The notes beneath the pieces were generated by a model, which saw only the letters and a program-made list of their open reading frames with translations, had not been told where the DNA came from and searched no databases. A stretch of DNA of 64,000 bases from a virus (lineage: Duplodnaviria; Caudoviricetes), in IMG/VR virus record IMGVR_UViG_3300031994_000062, positions 21,124 through 85,123 of that record; one strand, written 5' to 3'. Positions 29,803 to 38,267 of this stretch are shown here, piece after piece (within the stretch, counting starts at the first letter, position 1; each line of letters starts with the position of its first letter). The translations under genes were made by a program, and so were the position numbers.

Positions 29803-31167
29803 TCAATTATCGGTCTGCCCATCATTTTCCTCCTCTTGTTCTTGAATCTCCGAAAATGGAGAATACAACTCTTCTAAGTTTACATAATCGGTTTCGATAT
29901 CGATGTTGTTACTTTCAATAACACTTTTTAAATCCAAATTCTCTCGAAGCAATACTCTAGATATTTCTTTATAATCCGCCGCTTCTTGAGAATATTTAGT
30001 CACTAATCTTCTTTGTTCTGCTACCATATCTGCGTATTCCGATTCATCTAATTTAAGCGCTCTTATAAGAGACTCATTACTCATATCCATAACCTGTCTC
30101 ATACCTCTGCAAGTATTAAGGTCGAAGCCATTAACTTCACCTTCTCTTAAATTAAGATCTCTGACCTTTTTAATTTTTCCGGTCCATGTGTTATCAGATT
30201 TTTTCGCCGTCTTATTATTCTTCAAGCTAATACAGCTCTCAGCAGCCAAATCTTTTATCTGACTGGTAATTTTGGATTTACTATCTTGAAGACTCTTGAT
30301 AGTTCCGGCATTTTTCTCAATACCATGATAATCCGCCATAATCTTAGCAATCTCATCGTCAATCTTTGATTGCTGTAGAAATCCGCGCACTATTGAAATA
30401 CAACTAGCAGTTCTCATCATATCATCATTAGCATCCTCAGAAGCATCCAACAATCCCAACAGCTGACTATACAAAAATGGCTGATCATCCAGACTTTCCT
30501 TTTCAAAAGGATCGTAAGACAACAATCTCTTGACGTCCTTCTTGTTCTTCAGAAAATCCCGATATGTATCTTGATCTTCGCGACCTTCGATAACACTCTC
30601 AACGGTTTTCTCATCTTCATAAATTACTTTTTCTTTGAAAAGATCAGAATCACGCCAAGTATAACCGTTATATTGGTGCATAGCTATATTCTTAATATAT
30701 GACGCATAAACATCGTAGTTATCTGGATTTTTAGTAGCGTTATTAGCATTATTACTTTCATCAATACTTGAATCCCATAAATGCTCAAAAAACGGTTTAT
30801 TCAAATAAAAAAGCGCCAACTGCACAGATTCCTTGGTAGGAGAGTGGTCGTCGCCGTTTTTATCTCGTCTTCTTGCTATTCCTTTAGCACAGTCTTTACA
30901 TACCGGAGCAACTCCGCTTTTACATAAAGGATCCGTGCTTTTATAAAATTCTGATTTTGACTTGTGTTTGCCGCAAATATAGCAAAACGCGCCATCTTCC
31001 ATTTTCTTATATTTTCCTTGTAAATCCTCCGTATATTTGACCAATTCAGCTTTCGTCATTGCCTTAAGGTCTTTTTCTTGCAGTTCTGCGAGTTTAGCTT
31101 TTTGCCGCTTTTCTTTCTCGCGCTCTGCCTTTGTTTGCGAAGGCCTACCTACTTTGCTTACTGGCAT
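29803..31167 (-). CDS. Zn-finger protein upstream of TerL (terminase small subunit-like)
   Basis: Start MPVSKVG at ATG 31167 with RBS AAGGAGG; CYIC...CKDC; function inferred from position. Confidence 0.6.
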   Translation of the reverse strand: MPVSKVGRPSQTKAEREKEKRQKAKLAELQEKDLKAMTKAELVKYTEDLQGKYKKMEDGAFCYICGKHKSKSEFYKSTDPLCKSGVAPVCKDCAKGIARRRDKNGDDHSPTKESVQLALFYLNKPFFEHLWDSSIDESNNANNATKNPDNYDVYASYIKNIAMHQYNGYTWRDSDLFKEKVIYEDEKTVESVIEGREDQDTYRDFLKNKKDVKRLLSYDPFEKESLDDQPFLYSQLLGLLDASEDANDDMMRTASCISIVRGFLQQSKIDDEIAKIMADYHGIEKNAGTIKSLQDSKSKITSQIKDLAAESCISLKNNKTAKKSDNTWTGKIKKVRDLNLREGEVNGFDLNTCRGMRQVMDMSNESLIRALKLDESEYADMVAEQRRLVTKYSQEAADYKEISRVLLRENLDLKSVIESNNIDIETDYVNLEELYSPFSEIQEQEEENDGQTDN

Positions 31168-31192
31168 TTTAACGCCTCCTTTTATTTTATTA

Positions 31193-31275
31193 CGCCAATA
31201 CCATGATTCGAACGTGGACAACTCGAAAGTTGGACAGATTAGCAATCTGCTGAGATACCATTACTCCATATTGGC
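31193..31275 (-). tRNA. tRNA-Ser(GCU)
   Basis: GCCAATA/TATTGGC acceptor, GCAGA-TTGCTAA-TCTGT, long variable arm, TTCGAAT T-loop; one C-A mismatch in T stem; no CCA. Confidence 0.85.
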
Positions 31276-31281
31276 ACATAA

Positions 31282-31366
31282 CGACAAGCGAGGGACTTGA
31301 ACCCCCAGTGCCCGAAGGCATCACCGGTTTTCAAGACCGGCTCCTTACCAATTAGGATAGCTTGCC
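31282..31366 (-). tRNA. tRNA-Ser(UGA)
   Basis: GGCAAGC/GCTTGTC acceptor, CCGGT-CTTGAAA-ACCGG, long variable arm, TTCAAGT; no CCA. Confidence 0.9.
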
Positions 31367-31372
31367 TAATAA

Positions 31373-31445
31373 AGCCCCAGGTAAGACTTGAACTTACAAC
31401 CTGCTGATTACAAATCAGCTGCTCTGCCAATTGAGCTACTGAGGC
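31373..31445 (-). tRNA. tRNA-Thr(UGU)
   Basis: GCCTCAG/CTGGGGC acceptor, GCTGA-TTTGTAA-TCAGC, TTCAAGT; no CCA. Confidence 0.92.
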
Positions 31446-31496
31446 TGAACAGCACTATAAAAACATAGCGCCATCACAAAAGATAAATAAACTATT

Positions 31497-31643
31497 TTAT
31501 ACTTCAAGCTGTAATAAAAGTTCCTTTACGGCATCGTGCCATTTTCTAGGAACTTCATAGTCTATTAAAGCCAAGGCTTCCTCTAAAGTTATTTCACCTG
31601 ACTCAATTCTTGATAAATATTTTCTGTAATAGATCTTAGCCAT
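31497..31643 (-). CDS. Small hypothetical protein (48 aa; below track cutoff)
   Basis: MAKIYYRKYLSRIESGEITLEEAL...VPRKWHDAVKELL; ATG overlaps the upstream TAA. Confidence 0.7.
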   Translation of the reverse strand: MAKIYYRKYLSRIESGEITLEEALALIDYEVPRKWHDAVKELLLQLEV

Positions 31644-31900
31644 TATCCCACCACCATTTCTGCAAGCTCGGTAAGTGCTGCGTAAACATCATCTAAAGCA
31701 TCGCTATGATCCATAACTTCTTTGTATGTTTCCCAGTCATCTTTTAAAACTTTAATTTCCATCCATTCCCAGTGTTCTGGATAATCATCAGTTGCTTCAA
31801 TTAACTCAAAGTTCTTACGCACATAATTCCATCTACGGCTAGATGTAGTATCTAGGCTTTCTGGTTTAACAGAGTCCCCGTTCTCGACCTTTTTCCACAT
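31643..31900 (-). CDS. XkdW-like small fibre-associated protein
   Basis: 85 aa; C-terminal DVYAALTELAEMV; follows fibre genes. Confidence 0.55.
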   Translation of the reverse strand: MWKKVENGDSVKPESLDTTSSRRWNYVRKNFELIEATDDYPEHWEWMEIKVLKDDWETYKEVMDHSDALDDVYAALTELAEMVVG

Positions 31901-32002
31901 TTTTCATTCTCCTTCCTTTGGTTATAACCAATTTGTTTTTTAAGTTTCCGTATATCAATATAAGGTTTAATTATATTTCTGAATATATGACCCATAGCCC
32001 AT
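31852..32002 (-). pseudogene. Putative remnant of a DGR reverse transcriptase C-terminus
   Basis: With one frameshift reads MGYGSYIQKY-IKPYIDIRKLKKQIGYNQRKENEKCGKR...KA*, overlapping the next gene. Resembles C-termini of Firmicutes-phage DGR RTs as I recall them. Confidence 0.5.
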
Positions 32003-32047
32003 ATTAAGCTTGTTAGTTATAAACTGTCTTAATTATATCCCCATTAA

Positions 32048-33343
32048 TCACTCTATTGGTTTGCAAGAAGGAGCCGCCGCGACGTCCCAGTACGAAGCCG
32101 AAGACGCGTTGTCCAGGCGGAAATAGCAAGAACCACAGCTGGAACCGTTGACAGCGCGACCACCCCGGATGGCGTAATCGACTTGACCGTTATTAGAATA
32201 AAAATAGTCTGCATAATAAGTGCTGCTACTACCTTCAACGGTCGAAGGAATGAACTGCTTCTCACTAAAGCTAAAGTTTTTAACCCATCCACTTTCCGGA
32301 ATAGCTGTTCCTACTAAGTATCCAGAATAATCAGATGAACTATTGCTAACAACATAGTCAGAAACACCAGACCCATCGAGGGTTGATCTGGTAAGCTTAA
32401 ACTTTCCGATACCATTGTCATTAATTAAACCAGCAAAACGCCGCCATAAATTTCCCCACCAGTTTTCCATACCAAACACCTTAACACCAGATGTTGTAGT
32501 AGAGTATCCGTAGAACATACCCTTGTCATCCATGGTTCCAGTATTTAAGACTCCAGATTGACCTGAAGTAGTATTTCCTTGTCCAAATGCGCTTTGAGAG
32601 TCAGTAGACTTACTTATAAGAATCAACAGGAAATTGATCAGAATAATATCACAATAAACTTCAGTATCCCAAATCGGTAAAGTAGTGTTATTGGCCTGGC
32701 AATAGGTTCTCTCAGTTGCAGCGTTTAAACTTGCAGTCGGTGTTTTACCACTTATAGAGCGCATCCTTGTGCCGTCATAATATCCGTTATAGATTGGTGT
32801 ATAAAAGTGATCTACATAAACACGCTGATTATTCAAAAACGACCAAGCATTAAACCCTTCATCGACCTGATGATCAGCTATATAAATACTGGCACTTTCA
32901 CTTACTGTTGGCGTATCTGGTACTATCTTATACCATATTTTAGAGCCTCCACGACCCCATTCCATCATGGCATTTCCAGCGTAAGTTTCATCAGCTACAT
33001 CAGATGGTGTGCCGTCAATTTTTTTGCTATAGTCATCAGGATCTAAATAATAATCTACTTCGCCATCGTAGTTAAGCATACATGGCCGTGGCATAAAGAA
33101 TGCATCTTTCCAAGAACCATAATTAAATACGCCATTAGTGTAATCCATATAGGCCGGAGTCATACCAACAGCGTCTTTTAAATAAGTAACCCTATCCTCG
33201 GGATCAGATTCATTTGCGTCTATGTAAAATCCGTAAATATATCCTTTGTTTTTGCCGCCAGCCAGGACATTTTTAATGGCTTTTAAGGTCTCATTTATTT
33301 CCTGTCCAGTTATATCTTTTAATATTTTATGATTATCTGTCAT
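32048..33343 (-). CDS. Receptor-binding/fibre protein with DGR-type C-type-lectin-fold C-terminus
   Basis: GMENWWGNLW motif; terminal RGG...NG..CG...L.NA.S...WDVAAAPSCKP variable-region pattern. Confidence 0.75.
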   Translation of the reverse strand: MTDNHKILKDITGQEINETLKAIKNVLAGGKNKGYIYGFYIDANESDPEDRVTYLKDAVGMTPAYMDYTNGVFNYGSWKDAFFMPRPCMLNYDGEVDYYLDPDDYSKKIDGTPSDVADETYAGNAMMEWGRGGSKIWYKIVPDTPTVSESASIYIADHQVDEGFNAWSFLNNQRVYVDHFYTPIYNGYYDGTRMRSISGKTPTASLNAATERTYCQANNTTLPIWDTEVYCDIILINFLLILISKSTDSQSAFGQGNTTSGQSGVLNTGTMDDKGMFYGYSTTTSGVKVFGMENWWGNLWRRFAGLINDNGIGKFKLTRSTLDGSGVSDYVVSNSSSDYSGYLVGTAIPESGWVKNFSFSEKQFIPSTVEGSSSTYYADYFYSNNGQVDYAIRGGRAVNGSSCGSCYFRLDNASSASYWDVAAAPSCKPIE

Positions 33344-33358
33344 ATATTTTTTCTCCTT

Positions 33359-34951
33359 TTATCTCTGACATAGATCTCCGTCTTCATCTATGTAAAATCC
33401 AATGTTTTCTTGCTCCTTTACCGTATCAGTTAGAGTGTCTACTTTATCTGATATAGAACTTATGTATTTTGTTGTATGACCTACAGGTATTTCTACAGAT
33501 ACGTCGTCGTTGTATACGAATTCTTCAGTACCGGCCGGGTCACACTCTTGAAGTTCTTGGTAAGGCTGTGCGGATTCGGTGATTGGTATAGCAAGTTCGT
33601 AAACGAGATATACACCTGACATGGCGGCTTTGAAGGCGGCGGCATCAGTGTAAGACAAATCAACAATCGAAAACAAGTTGTTAGTTACCCACACCGCCAT
33701 TGTCTTATCGTAACTGGTAGTATTGTTATAATGGTTTGCTCCAGATGTCGGTGTGTATTTTGGACATATTACGCCATTACTAATATCAGAAGTTGAGCTA
33801 ACCAGTTTAATCGCCGGGGAGATGTCCGTTGTTGTAAAATACCAATCTGTTCCAGCAACTCTATCAAATTTTGCCCACGTCAGCGTCCCCAAATCCACGA
33901 TCCCATACCGCCTTGTAACCGTCCCGTCGGCTTCGTAGGTATCACCGTCGTAGTAGAGCTTATTTGCGGCATCTAGTTTCGGGACACCTAGTAGAGTAAG
34001 CGATGAGTCAAGAGGGTAGCTACGTTTCTGGTACGGTTCGTATGTGCCGTTCTTCGCCGGGTCGAAGATGTTGATGCAGATGTCGTGGTTGTAGGTAGAA
34101 CCGTATGCGTCCCAAGTGCCGAACGCAAGGAAATAACAGTTCTCAGGAGTTGGGATGGTGAATCCTCCCTGTCCTACAGCTCTTGATGCACTTGATATAA
34201 ACGCACCACTGCCATCATAAGAGCACCACGCTACCCCTGATGTTGTTCCCATCATGAAGTAGTACGTAGTATTTGGTAAGACGGGGATTAAATTCTTGCA
34301 TCTGATACGGGAATTGTAGACCCGTTTCTGTCCGCTTCTATCGTAATCACCAACTTCCCATTCTTCATCCCACTGGTTAAACCCAACCACATCATGGCTC
34401 TGGAGATTCTCAACACTCTTCAGTGTTCCAGCATCATATTCATAATAATCCTTCGGGAAGAGCTTCCTGAAGAAAGCGACACCATCTCCTGCGTGTGCTT
34501 GTTCAAGGGAGTAGATGTAGTCTGCTATGGTTGAGCCGAACATGGCGGTAAGGTCGATGACGATATCCGTTCCACTTGTCAAACCAGTTATAGCCGACCC
34601 ATCGCTTACACCGATTGATGCCGTGCCGCTTTTGATCATGTAATATTTACGATTGTTAGGAACCGTTACGCTAGAGTCATTACATATCTGATTCCACACA
34701 ACCGTCCCACCAACAATTTCCTCAAGCTTTTCGAGGTTGCCAGCTTTAGAATCTCCACCGGTTTGACGGTAAACATACGGAATAGAGTCTGTATCCCCAT
34801 TATCATTTATTTGCCCGTAAGTAGAATCCCATTTATATCTTTCTCCCGTAGTAATCAACGAAATATCTGTTCCATCTTCTTCTGCGTCTTTAGGTTTAAT
34901 TTTATTCATCAAATAATTAAGTCCATTTTTATCTAAATATTCTATAGACAT
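33359..34951 (-). CDS. Fibre-like structural protein (mosaic)
   Basis: EYLDKNGLNYLMNKIK N-terminus paralogous to 23382-23990; GFNQWDEEWE and DTYEADGTVTRRYGIVDLGTLTW motifs. Confidence 0.7.
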   Translation of the reverse strand: MSIEYLDKNGLNYLMNKIKPKDAEEDGTDISLITTGERYKWDSTYGQINDNGDTDSIPYVYRQTGGDSKAGNLEKLEEIVGGTVVWNQICNDSSVTVPNNRKYYMIKSGTASIGVSDGSAITGLTSGTDIVIDLTAMFGSTIADYIYSLEQAHAGDGVAFFRKLFPKDYYEYDAGTLKSVENLQSHDVVGFNQWDEEWEVGDYDRSGQKRVYNSRIRCKNLIPVLPNTTYYFMMGTTSGVAWCSYDGSGAFISSASRAVGQGGFTIPTPENCYFLAFGTWDAYGSTYNHDICINIFDPAKNGTYEPYQKRSYPLDSSLTLLGVPKLDAANKLYYDGDTYEADGTVTRRYGIVDLGTLTWAKFDRVAGTDWYFTTTDISPAIKLVSSTSDISNGVICPKYTPTSGANHYNNTTSYDKTMAVWVTNNLFSIVDLSYTDAAAFKAAMSGVYLVYELAIPITESAQPYQELQECDPAGTEEFVYNDDVSVEIPVGHTTKYISSISDKVDTLTDTVKEQENIGFYIDEDGDLCQR

Positions 34952-35059
34952 AATTTTCTCCTTTTATCTTTAATTAGCACCTTTCTCATTGACGCACCGA
35001 GCTTTCACCGACTTTAACGGAGGGTACAAATTTATTTCATTGCAGCAAAATTAACCTAA

Positions 35060-35473
35060 TCAACTATTTTCAATCTTATTAATCAGACGCATGAAATCCT
35101 GCTTTACACTCTCATCTGCATCTGCCATAAGATCTCTTAGATCATTTGCCATTTCCATTGAGTATCCGCGATCGTATCCTTTACGACTATATCTTCCAGA
35201 CCTGCTATAGCGTCCGTTTCTAGCGTAATTATTCATTCCATAATTCATTCCGCTATTACGATACATAGGATCATCATAACGAGAACTATATCCGCCACCA
35301 TTACGAGAACTATATTCAGGCATCTCTTTCTTTTCAATAATTTTTTCTATATTTTTCATTGCGTGAGCGAGCATGTCAACAATCTCAAGATCGCCAGCAT
35401 CCCAAGTAGGTTTATGGCCGATGTCCTCAAGTTCCTGACAAAGTCGTTCTTCTAAGTTATAAATTCCGTCCAT
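35060..35473 (-). CDS. Cluster gene 6: hypothetical, Y/S/R/G low-complexity middle
   Basis: 137 aa, RBS GGAGG. Confidence 0.8.
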   Translation of the reverse strand: MDGIYNLEERLCQELEDIGHKPTWDAGDLEIVDMLAHAMKNIEKIIEKKEMPEYSSRNGGGYSSRYDDPMYRNSGMNYGMNNYARNGRYSRSGRYSRKGYDRGYSMEMANDLRDLMADADESVKQDFMRLINKIENS

Positions 35474-35483
35474 AAGTACCTCC

Positions 35484-35915
35484 TTATCCTATAACAATGA
35501 ATGCATTACGCATGTTTATTGGTTGCGAACTCGTATTTCTTACAGTAAGAGTTTCACAGCATCCGCGCCATACATCGGCAACGACAGCTTTGGAAACTGC
35601 ATTGTAAGAATTTAATGCGGTAGGAGTAGATGTCATAGTTGAAGCCGGTATTGTGGCGCCGCCAATGGCTATGGCAACCGTAATTTCTTCAACGGTTCCG
35701 CCAGTCGGTACGCTAATATCAGCTCCGAAATCAACTAAGTAATTTACTGTTTGTTTGCAAGGACATCCACAACGTCCAGCTAAATTAAAACTATCAGACC
35801 TTGCGCGAACTAAACCGTTATTACAGGGTACTTCAACTGTAGTGAATACAGCACTTTCGCCGGGATTAATAGTTTGTTCTGAAGCATTAGAGTATGCACA
35901 TAACATTTCTAACAC
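35484..35915 (-). CDS. Cluster gene 5: BclA-C/C1q-like beta protein
   Basis: EQTINPGESAVFT...NYLVDFGADI...TLTVRNTS; fold is an inference. Confidence 0.6.
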   Translation of the reverse strand: MLEMLCAYSNASEQTINPGESAVFTTVEVPCNNGLVRARSDSFNLAGRCGCPCKQTVNYLVDFGADISVPTGGTVEEITVAIAIGGATIPASTMTSTPTALNSYNAVSKAVVADVWRGCCETLTVRNTSSQPINMRNAFIVIG

Positions 35916-35923
35916 CCCCTAAT

Positions 35924-36739
35924 TTACGCATTACATCCGCAAGCGTTTGTATAGCCACAACCACAACTATTATTTACAAAAGGATTAGGAACTGTATAAG
36001 AGGGCACTGGATAGGGAGCAATACGATTTACAACATACTGTGTCTGAGCAGCATTGTCAGCAACCAGTTGAGCAGTCTGCTGTGCCTGAGAATTAGCAAG
36101 ATTCATCATATTAAGCTGAGTTCTAAGGTTTGCAATTTCCTCATTTTTCTGATCAAGCTTATCCTGGCACATCTGATCTTTAATGCCCTGGAACCCAGCA
36201 TTCATAGCATTAAGAATTCCATTAGTATTAGCATTGTTCTGTGCAGTTAAATTCATCAAACCTTCAGAAACTGCCTGTCTATCTGCACAAGCCTCTCTTG
36301 CAACGTCAGCACCAAGGTTAGCCAATCCAAGACGATTTTCGCAGCAACAATCTGAGAACTGACTCTGCATGTTGTTGAATCCTTGAAGTATTGCCATCTG
36401 ATTTGCAAAATTCTGATTCATGTCGGCGATTTGACGAGCGTTATTAGAGGCTTCTGCCTGAGCAAATCCATTAGCTACAGCAGTCTGGATTGAATCAATA
36501 CCAGAATTGATCATCTGGTCTCGGAACCCACCATTAATCTGATCAGACTGATTCATCCACGGATATAAAGTATCAACACTTCCATCACCGTTTCCGCCCC
36601 AGCCATTTCTTCCAAATCCAAAGAGGAAAAGTACAAGGAGCCAAAAGGCACCATCATTTCCACCAAAACCGCCGAAACCACCGTTTCCGGTTACTGCTGC
36701 AACGTCTGCAGCGGAAAGCCCATTATTAGTATTAATCAT
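35924..36739 (-). CDS. Cluster gene 4: Gly-rich N-terminus, hydrophobic segment, coiled coil, Cys-rich tail
   Basis: GLSAADVAAVTG...WLLVLFLFGFG...DCCCENR...CGCGYTNACGCNA. Confidence 0.85.
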   Translation of the reverse strand: MINTNNGLSAADVAAVTGNGGFGGFGGNDGAFWLLVLFLFGFGRNGWGGNGDGSVDTLYPWMNQSDQINGGFRDQMINSGIDSIQTAVANGFAQAEASNNARQIADMNQNFANQMAILQGFNNMQSQFSDCCCENRLGLANLGADVAREACADRQAVSEGLMNLTAQNNANTNGILNAMNAGFQGIKDQMCQDKLDQKNEEIANLRTQLNMMNLANSQAQQTAQLVADNAAQTQYVVNRIAPYPVPSYTVPNPFVNNSCGCGYTNACGCNA

Positions 36740-36784
36740 AAGGCATTCTCCTTTCTAAATATTTTTAAAAAATTAATAAGTTGT

Positions 36785-36806
36785 AGTAATTCGTGCACAA
36801 ATTACT
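36785..36806. promoter_or_regulatory. 22-bp near-perfect palindrome AGTAATTCGTGCACAAATTACT
   Basis: One mismatched pair; 45 nt upstream of the 36739 start. Confidence 0.45.
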
Positions 36807-37036
36807 TTGTATATAATCATCTATAAAGATGCTTATATTTCCATATAACGAAATAAGCGCACCATAATCACACTCCTAGAAAAACACCGATTTACGGCGG
36901 TTCACTCTTGTTTGCGTAGATTTGATGCGCTTGTTAAATAAGTTATTATTCAACTGTTTAATCAGTAATAATATTAAGTTTTTATAGCGTTAGAATGTCT
37001 CTTTATTTATTTCATACATCTATTCCAAAAGAATCA

Positions 37037-37282
37037 TTAACCACCGAACCCACTTCCTCTAATTATGTTAGCCCACTGACTGATTTGATTAAACTGTTGC
37101 TGAGTCATCTGGCCAGAATCAAGTAATCTCTGAACCATTAACTGCGCAGGAACCTGACCGTTATATTGCTGTTTAAAAGTGTTAAACTGATTTACAAAAT
37201 TCTGATATCCACCAAACATTTGAAACGGATTATTCATCTGATTTCGCACCTGTCCGAACGGTTGATTAATCATTAGCGGCAC
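37037..37282 (-). CDS. Cluster gene 3: Q/N/F-rich small protein
   Basis: NPFQMFGG...VQRLLDSGQMTQQQFNQ. Confidence 0.8.
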   Translation of the reverse strand: MPLMINQPFGQVRNQMNNPFQMFGGYQNFVNQFNTFKQQYNGQVPAQLMVQRLLDSGQMTQQQFNQISQWANIIRGSGFGG

Positions 37283-37622
37283 CTCCTAATTCTTTTAATA
37301 ATTTATTTACACTATCTGCCAAATTTGCGACATTACTTGACAGATTGTTAAATTCATCTCTTGATACATTTTCATTGACTTCCTGAGTTATTTCTTCCTC
37401 GAAGTTAAATACTCGAAGTCGCTGTGGAACTCCATTGACGTTAGATTTAATCCAGAATTTTCCTGCATCGAAATCCATTAGTAAGACAGCGTTTCCTGAT
37501 GCTACTGGGTATGCCTGGGCACCAGATTCACCATTCACAAAGACAGTCATCATAGAGTTCGAAGGATCATTGTTGTATATATAACCCGTATTTTGTGATG
37601 AGTAATTGTTTCCGAAGTTCAT
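37266..37622 (-). CDS. Cluster gene 2: hypothetical
   Basis: FVNGESGAQAYPVASGNAVLLMD motif; C-terminal coiled coil. Confidence 0.8.
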   Translation of the reverse strand: MNFGNNYSSQNTGYIYNNDPSNSMMTVFVNGESGAQAYPVASGNAVLLMDFDAGKFWIKSNVNGVPQRLRVFNFEEEITQEVNENVSRDEFNNLSSNVANLADSVNKLLKELGGAAND

Positions 37623-37628
37623 AATTTA

Positions 37629-38009
37629 TTACTCCTCCTTATACCAATAAAATTGCGGAATTTCCCGTGATGAGTCCCATGAATCATAAAGTATTCCATT
37701 TTTTACTGTGGCAACATGGCCATCGCAAAACAACACATAGATTCCCCTTGGATGGTCTATGCAAAAATCCCAAAGTGTATAACAATCTGGGCACCTATTT
37801 GGAATAACTTGTCTCTGGAACCCATACTTTCGCAATACACCAGCTATTACAGAATTAGAATGCGGCATCAGTCCCATATTAAAGCCCATTTCAGTCAAAA
37901 TATCGTATGTCTGATCCCATGACGTATCTAATGCGACTGTCAAGGCTCGTATAGAGCAGTCTTCTGTATGATGTCCTACAGGATTGGGATTATAGTATTT
38001 GTAAGCCAT
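37629..38009 (-). CDS. Cluster gene 1: putative papain-like/C39-type Cys peptidase
   Basis: DCSIRA (Cys), DGHVATV (His), LYDSWD (Asp); activity is an inference. Confidence 0.55.
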   Translation of the reverse strand: MAYKYYNPNPVGHHTEDCSIRALTVALDTSWDQTYDILTEMGFNMGLMPHSNSVIAGVLRKYGFQRQVIPNRCPDCYTLWDFCIDHPRGIYVLFCDGHVATVKNGILYDSWDSSREIPQFYWYKEE

Positions 38010-38026
38010 GTAAAATCACTCCAATC

Positions 38027-38050
38027 AAAAAAGGGGCTATAAAAGCCCCC
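38027..38050 (-). terminator. Intrinsic terminator
   Basis: GGGGCT-TTTAT-AGCCCC followed by T6. Confidence 0.8.
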
Positions 38051-38051
38051 A

Positions 38052-38249
38052 TTAATCCATTGTTTCTTCGTATTCGATGATCTCCTCTTGTTTTGCCGTT
38101 ACAGAAATATCAAACACTTTATCTTTATAAAAATTCTCCAGAATATTCATAAGGTCAACAATTACGCCGTCTTCATCAACAAGCTGACCTTCATTAAATT
38201 CAAGCTTCTTTAGCTTTCCACTCCATGTAGTAGATTTCTTCACATCCAT
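38052..38249 (-). CDS. YonK-like small protein
   Basis: 65 aa; resembles SPbeta YonK as recalled and occupies a similar position. Confidence 0.5.
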   Translation of the reverse strand: MDVKKSTTWSGKLKKLEFNEGQLVDEDGVIVDLMNILENFYKDKVFDISVTAKQEEIIEYEETMD

Positions 38250-38267
38250 GTTCCTTTTCCTCCTTTA

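Noticed and set aside
23193-32014. Identical 12-mer ATTAAGCTTGTT at both gene-remnant sites (23193-23204, 32003-32014)
   Set aside because: Many 12-mer repeats are expected by chance in 64 kb of AT-rich DNA. Noticed post hoc, with no mechanism to support it.
34975-35035. Possible multibranch RNA (GUACC...GGUGC) between the cluster and the fibre gene
   Set aside because: Short stems, and no match to riboswitch or ribozyme consensuses I know.
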